Part shown: piece after piece, positions 58,696 through 64,000 of the stretch | Layout: each line of letters opens with the position of its first letter | Position numbering within the stretch: position 1 is the stretch's first letter | Origin: Chloroflexota bacterium | GTDB taxonomy: Bacteria; Chloroflexota; UBA11872; VXOZ01 | DNA length: 64,000 bases | Assembly: GCA_963663275.1 (NCBI GenBank) | Contig: OY760183.1 | Location: 2,144,001 to 2,208,000, forward strand | Direction of reading: 5' to 3' | Program-made: the position numbers and the translations under genes | The notes under the pieces: model-generated | Database searches by the model: none | What the model saw: the letters and a program-made list of their open reading frames with translations, nothing else | Told to the model about the DNA's origin: nothing

Positions 58696-60812
58696 GTGAG
58701 GCGAGATTCCGGCTCGGCGTAGACATTGGCGGCACCTTCACCGACGCCACGTTGGTGGACGAAAGCAGCGGCAGCCTCTGGAACGCCAAAGTCTCTTCCA
58801 CGCCGGACGACCCGGCGCGGGGCTTTCTCACCGTCACGCGCCAAATCCTCGACCACGCCGATCTCGCCCCGGAGGCATTGCGCTACGTGGTTCACGCCAC
58901 CACCGTGGCCACGAACGCCATCATCGAAGGCAAAGTCGCGCCCACCGCGCTCATCACCACCGAGGGCTTTCGCGACATCCTGGAAATCGCCCGGCAGATT
59001 CGTCCCTCGCTCTACGACACCCAATTCGAGAAACCAAAGCCCCTCGTGCCGCGCGACCGCTGCTTTGGCGTGCGCGAACGGCTGGACGCCGCCGGCGCGG
59101 TCTTGACCCCATTGGACGAAGCCGCCCTGCCGCGCATCGCGTCCATCATCCAGGAGGCGGGCATTGAGTCCGTTGCCGTCTGCTTCTTGCACTCGTACCT
59201 GAATCCGGAGCACGAGCAAGCGGCAGGAGCGATTTTGCGGGCGCACGCGCCGGATGTCGCCATTTCGCTCTCCTCGGACGTAGCGCCGGAGATTCGCGAG
59301 TATTTTCGCGCCAGCACCACCGTCATCAACGCCGCGCTTCGCCCCATCGTCTCGCGCTATCTCGAAAACATTGAGAGTCGTCTGCGCGCGCAAGGCATTG
59401 CTTCGGAACTCCTGGTGATGCAGAGCAGCGGCGGCCTCATGACGTTCGGCGACGCGCGCCGCCGGCCCGTTTTCATGGTGGAATCCGGCCCGGCCGCGGG
59501 CGTGATCACGGCGGCGCACCTGGGCGAAGCGTTGGGCCACGAAAACGTCATCTCCTTCGACATGGGCGGCACCACCGCCAAAGTCGGCCTGGTGCAGGAT
59601 GGCGCGCCGCGCATCACGAAAGACTATGAGGTCGGCTCCGTGGCCCAGCCCGGCAGCGGCGGCTTTCGCGCCGGCGGCTATCCTATCCGCACACCGGTGA
59701 TCGATCTGGTGGAGATCGGCGCCGGCGGCGGTTCCATCGCCTGGATCGACCCCGGCGGAATCTTGCGGGTCGGACCCCAGAGCGCCGGGGCCGACCCCGG
59801 CCCGGCCTGCTACGGCCAAGGCGGCACAGAACCGACGGTCACCGACGCCAACCTGGTGCTTGGCCGCCTCAATCCCGGCTACCTGCTCGGTGGAGATCTG
59901 AAGCTGGACAGCGCCTTGGCGCACCAGGCAATCGAGGAGCGTATTGCCAAGCCGCTGGGATTGGACGTGGTGCGCGCCGCCCACAGCATCGTCGAGATTG
60001 CCAACGTGGCCATGATTAACGCGCTGCGTCTCGTCTCGGTGCAGCGCGGCCACGACCCCCGCGACTTTGCGCTCACCGCCTTTGGCGGGGCCGGGCCGCT
60101 GCACGCCAACCGCCTGGCGCACGAGATGAACATCCCCGTTACCGTCATTCCCACCAGCCCGGGCACGGCCTCGGCGCTGGGCCTCCTTGTCACCGACATT
60201 ACCTACGACTACGCCACCACGCTGATCGAGCGAGTCGACCGCTTAGCGCCGGGAGAAGTGGCGGACGTGTTCGCGGACCTGCGGCGGCAGGGCGCGGCGG
60301 CGCTCGGCTCGGCAGGCGTCGCGCCGGACGACATGGCGTTCGCGCAGCACGTTGACGTGCGCTACGTTGGGCAGAGTTACGAACTCTCGCTGCCGTGTGC
60401 GGATGGCGCGGCCGGCGGTCTGGTCGTGGACGACCTTCTGGATCAATTTCATAGGGAACACCACCGGGTCTACGGCCACAGCGTGCCCGGCGAACCGGTG
60501 GAGACGGTGAACCTCCGGCTTACGGCTCTGGGCACGATCGTCAAGCCGCCGCTGCTTGAAAAAGACGCCGGGAAGCGCGATGCGCACGCGGCGCAACAGA
60601 GCACTCGTCCGGTCTTCTTTGGCGAAACGGACACGTTCGTGGATTGCCCCGTCTATGATCGATACCTGCTCGGGGCGGGCGCAAGCGTGGCGGGGCCCGC
60701 GATTGTGGAAGAATACGATTCCACGACCGTAATTCACCCCGGCTACTACGCAGCGGTGGACCATTACGGTACACTATTGATAACTCGCGCCGGCGCAGAA
60801 GAGCCGGCGTAG
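58692..60812 (+). CDS. Hydantoinase A/oxoprolinase family
   Basis: GVDIGGTFTD, HATTVATNA, ESGPAAG, DMGGTT, GAGGGS, PGPACY. Confidence 0.92.
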   Translation: MSEARFRLGVDIGGTFTDATLVDESSGSLWNAKVSSTPDDPARGFLTVTRQILDHADLAPEALRYVVHATTVATNAIIEGKVAPTALITTEGFRDILEIARQIRPSLYDTQFEKPKPLVPRDRCFGVRERLDAAGAVLTPLDEAALPRIASIIQEAGIESVAVCFLHSYLNPEHEQAAGAILRAHAPDVAISLSSDVAPEIREYFRASTTVINAALRPIVSRYLENIESRLRAQGIASELLVMQSSGGLMTFGDARRRPVFMVESGPAAGVITAAHLGEALGHENVISFDMGGTTAKVGLVQDGAPRITKDYEVGSVAQPGSGGFRAGGYPIRTPVIDLVEIGAGGGSIAWIDPGGILRVGPQSAGADPGPACYGQGGTEPTVTDANLVLGRLNPGYLLGGDLKLDSALAHQAIEERIAKPLGLDVVRAAHSIVEIANVAMINALRLVSVQRGHDPRDFALTAFGGAGPLHANRLAHEMNIPVTVIPTSPGTASALGLLVTDITYDYATTLIERVDRLAPGEVADVFADLRRQGAAALGSAGVAPDDMAFAQHVDVRYVGQSYELSLPCADGAAGGLVVDDLLDQFHREHHRVYGHSVPGEPVETVNLRLTALGTIVKPPLLEKDAGKRDAHAAQQSTRPVFFGETDTFVDCPVYDRYLLGAGASVAGPAIVEEYDSTTVIHPGYYAAVDHYGTLLITRAGAEEPA

Positions 60813-60852
60813 CAAGCAGACACGAGAGAGACCCGGCACGTATAGAATTCCG

Positions 60853-62049
60853 ATGAAAGCGAGGAGCCACGTGGGCGAGACGGCGGACGTTGTCGTTGTA
60901 GGCGGCGGCAGTACCGGTACCAGCATTGCCTGGCGCCTGGCGCAGATGGGCGCGGGCCGGGTCGTGTTGCTGGAACGGCGGGGTCTCGCGGCGCAGGCCA
61001 CGGGCGTGACCGCCGGCATCGTGCGCACCCACTATACCCACGAGACCTTGGCGCGCATGGCCCTGCGCGCGCGCCGGTTCTTCGAGAACTTCGGCGATGA
61101 GACCGGCGGCGACGCCGGATTCCGGCGGGCCGGTTTCCTGGCCTTGCTGGGCCCGGACGACGTGGAAACCGTAGCGGCCAACGTTGCCATGCACCGCGAT
61201 CTCGGTATCAACGCCTTCATCCTCTCGCCCGACGAAATACGGGAAATCGAACCGCGCCTGGCCTTGTTCGGCATTGGCGCGGCCGCGTGGGAGCCGGAGT
61301 CCGGCTATGCCGACCCGGTGCGCGCGACCCTGAGTTTTGCCGACGCCGCCCGGCGGTGCGGCGCGGAACTCCGCGTAGGCGTGGGAGCGGACAGCATCGA
61401 TACGGATGGAAGTAGCGTTACCGGCGTGGCGACGAACGCGGGCTACATCTCCACCCCGGCGGTCGTGGTCGCCAACGGCTTCTCCTCCCGCGCCCTGGTA
61501 GCGCCGCTGGGCATCGACCTTCCCCTTACGCCGATACGACACGCCGTGGCGCTCATGCAACGCGCCGCGCACTTCGGCAAGCCGCATCCCATCATCTCCG
61601 ACCGCGTGCAGGGCAGTTACTACCGCCCCCGGGATGACGGCCAGACCATGGTCGGCAAGACCGCGCCCTACGACGGTGATGAAGATCCGGACGCCGACGC
61701 CTGGCCCGCCCCACAACCGGCTATACTGCAAACCCTGGCCGCGCGGTACCGGCGGCGGTTCCCCAACCAGGGCGCGCCCGCCGTGAACAGCGCCACCTCC
61801 GGCCTCTACGATTGCGCGCCGGACCTCCAGCCGCTGCTCGGACCGGCCCCGGACGTGGCGGGCCTGCATCTCGCCGTCGGTCTGAGCGGCCACGGTTTCA
61901 AGTTGAGTCCCATATTCAGCCAAATGCTGGCGGAGCAGATGCTCACCGGCCGTAGTTCGCAGTTTGACATTACCCTGTTCAGTCCGGCACGCTTTATCCA
62001 GGAACGCCGTATCGTGCCCCAGCACGCCTACTCGGTATCGACTCTGTAG
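60853..62049 (+). CDS. FAD-dependent oxidoreductase, DAO/sarcosine oxidase beta-like
   Basis: VVVGGGSTG, GYADP, GLYD..PD..P, GLSGHGFKLSP. Confidence 0.88.
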   Translation: MKARSHVGETADVVVVGGGSTGTSIAWRLAQMGAGRVVLLERRGLAAQATGVTAGIVRTHYTHETLARMALRARRFFENFGDETGGDAGFRRAGFLALLGPDDVETVAANVAMHRDLGINAFILSPDEIREIEPRLALFGIGAAAWEPESGYADPVRATLSFADAARRCGAELRVGVGADSIDTDGSSVTGVATNAGYISTPAVVVANGFSSRALVAPLGIDLPLTPIRHAVALMQRAAHFGKPHPIISDRVQGSYYRPRDDGQTMVGKTAPYDGDEDPDADAWPAPQPAILQTLAARYRRRFPNQGAPAVNSATSGLYDCAPDLQPLLGPAPDVAGLHLAVGLSGHGFKLSPIFSQMLAEQMLTGRSSQFDITLFSPARFIQERRIVPQHAYSVSTL

Positions 62050-62246
62050 GCAAGTGTGAGAGAATAGCCGCGCAAGAACCATTCAACGTACATCCTCTAC
62101 CGGAGCAGCGAGCGGGCAAGAGGGAGAGAAAGGAGGGCCATCGAGAGAAGACGCAAGCGCCCGCGCAAGACCAAATGTGATGCAATCTGAGTGTGCCGAG
62201 CAGCATTCTTGGCGCACCTGCAGGAGACCACGGGAGGTCAAGAGCA

Positions 62247-63626
62247 ATGGCAACGGGCAACGGATTTACGACACGACGCCGGTTCCTGGGCGGATTTGCC
62301 GCCCTGTCCGGCGCGGCGCTGGCCGCGGCGTGCGGCGCGATGCCGGCCGCGCAGACCGGCGAGATGGCGGAAGAGAAGGAAGCGGAAGCCCCCAAGGAAG
62401 CCGAAGCGCCCCAGGCGGAGGTCATCGAGGTGGTGTGGGCCTGCTACGACCTGCAGGAGCATCGCAACAAGACCCTGCGAGAAATGGCGGAGGTCTGCAA
62501 CAACGCCCTGGACAATCGCGTTACCAGACTCGAAATCGTCACCGAGAACTTCCTGGAGAAGATCCGCACCGAGTTTGTTGCCGGCACCACCACCTACGAC
62601 ATCGTCGTGAACCAGATCAACTGGGTGCAGGCCGGCGCGCGCACGGGCATGTTCCTGCCTATCAGCGACTACATGAAGCGCGACGGCGTATCCCGCGACG
62701 ACTACCTTGACTCCTCTTCCTGGGACGTCAATGGTATTATGTACGGCCTGGCCTTCCTCGGCGGCGGCGACGCCATCTACTACAACAAGGAAATCTTCGA
62801 CAACGAGGGCGTGCCGTATCCGGAAATGGGCACCACGCTGGAGCAGTTGCTCGACGGCGCGACCAAGATGACGAAGCGCACCGGCGACCAGACCACCCAG
62901 TGGGGCTATAACTTCGGCTACGCCTCCCTGGAGGTCAACCTGGGCAGCTTCGTGCTGGACCATGGCGGCCAGGTGCTGAATGAGGAGCGCGACAAGGCGC
63001 TCTACGGCGAGGACCAGAACGCCATCGCGGGCGCACAGATGTACGTGGACATGATCCTCAAGCATCGTGTGGTGCCCTGGGGCGAGGAACGCTCTGAGTT
63101 GCGCAAGGAAGGCGGCGGCGGGCGCCACATCGGCACCGGCAAGTTCGCCATGTCGCAGATCACCTTGATCCCGCTCAAGGGCGCGTATGAGGTGCTCGGC
63201 GACCGGCTCGGCATCGCGCCGATCGGCACCGGCCCGGCGGGCACTCGCAGCCCGGCCACCGGCAGCAACGCCTGGAGCATCATGTCGCTCACCGAGGTGC
63301 CCGACGCGGCCTGGGACGTGTTCCACGTCCTGTGCCAGAAAGAGGCGCAAGACCTCTACGCCGTGCACGCATTTCCCGGACTCTTTGCCTCGGCCAACGT
63401 GTTCCTGGACAACTACCCGGGCATGGACTGGGACATCGTCCTGGACCACTGGCGGGACGACGGCCGCGACTTCTTCCTGACGCCGGAAACCGGCGAATTC
63501 TGGACGACCGCGAACCAGAACCTCCAACCGATGTACACCGGCGAGAGTACCGTGCAGGAAGCGATGAAGACGTCCGCCGACGCGGTGAACGCCCTCTTCG
63601 CGGAACGCCCGGACGACTGGAACTAG
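62247..63626 (+). CDS. Extracellular solute-binding lipoprotein (sugar-binding family 1-like) with Tat signal
   Basis: TRRRFL Tat motif, LAAAC lipobox, YYNKEIFD..GV.YP, PDAAW. Confidence 0.85.
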   Translation: MATGNGFTTRRRFLGGFAALSGAALAAACGAMPAAQTGEMAEEKEAEAPKEAEAPQAEVIEVVWACYDLQEHRNKTLREMAEVCNNALDNRVTRLEIVTENFLEKIRTEFVAGTTTYDIVVNQINWVQAGARTGMFLPISDYMKRDGVSRDDYLDSSSWDVNGIMYGLAFLGGGDAIYYNKEIFDNEGVPYPEMGTTLEQLLDGATKMTKRTGDQTTQWGYNFGYASLEVNLGSFVLDHGGQVLNEERDKALYGEDQNAIAGAQMYVDMILKHRVVPWGEERSELRKEGGGGRHIGTGKFAMSQITLIPLKGAYEVLGDRLGIAPIGTGPAGTRSPATGSNAWSIMSLTEVPDAAWDVFHVLCQKEAQDLYAVHAFPGLFASANVFLDNYPGMDWDIVLDHWRDDGRDFFLTPETGEFWTTANQNLQPMYTGESTVQEAMKTSADAVNALFAERPDDWN

Positions 63627-63780
63627 CCTGGTTGGCAGCGGGGTGCGCTATGGCGCGCCCCGCTATTCCTTGCCGACATTTGCATTGCTGATGAGTCCCT
63701 GTTCGGATCAAACAAGATAGGGACAGGTGGTACCAAAAAGCGAGTCCTCTCGCAAAGTCACGCATGGTCTCGCCTAACCT

Positions 63781-63916
63781 GTGATTCCCGCGTAGGCGGG
63801 AACCGGGGGGACCGCTCGTCATTTGTATGTTGTAGATACGTGTCATTCTGAGGAGCGTAGCGACGAAGAATCTATTGCGCGCGAATTCTAGATTCCTCGC
63901 TGCGCTCGGAATGACA
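63781..63916. repeat. GTCATT-type palindromic repeats
   Basis: GTGATTCCCGCGTAGGCGGGAACC and TGTCATTCTGAG...GAATCT / AGATTCC...GCTCGGAATGACA; same family as the cargo of the 25128, 25250 and 56607 elements. Confidence 0.75.
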
Positions 63917-64000
63917 TGACATCCAGCAATGACATGATCTCCTGCAATGACAAGAGTCCATTTGAGCAAGAGAACGTGGCTGATTCCACTTAATCCTTTC

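Overview
High-GC bacterial chromosomal window. The gene set and repeat types suggest Chloroflexota, possibly host-associated, but this is an inference. Most of it is housekeeping: purSQLFMN plus an FchA-like cyclohydrolase, UPF0182, an FtsH paralog, nrdR, mnmE, pyrE, galU, thpR, folK, hemW, a phosphatidylinositol-mannoside-like operon (ino1, acyltransferase, PHP, pimA-like, pgsA-like), glycosyltransferases, split heptose kinase/nucleotidyltransferase, ndk, a sulfatase, hydantoinase B/A, a DAO-family oxidoreductase and a Tat-lipoprotein solute-binding protein. The standout is a low-GC, tightly coupled five-gene operon at 42595-48365: cysteine desulfurase (DndA/IscS-like), a short DndC-like PP-loop sulfurtransferase, a DUF262+HNH (SspE/GmrSD-like) nuclease, a stand-alone GIY-YIG nuclease and a DGQHR (DndB-like) protein. 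It has no DndD/DndE or SspB/SspC, so it is a candidate non-canonical DNA phosphorothioation defence system. Also notable: an NrdR with a duplicated zinc ribbon preceded by two NrdR-box-like repeats 32 bp apart; several MITEs and an IS481 mostly inserted into REP-like hairpins, one MITE nested in another; divergent genes overlapping at their 5' ends; and a sulfatase with Thr at the formylglycine position. I found no rRNA, tRNA or CRISPR array. All calls come from reading motifs by eye; no database search was run.
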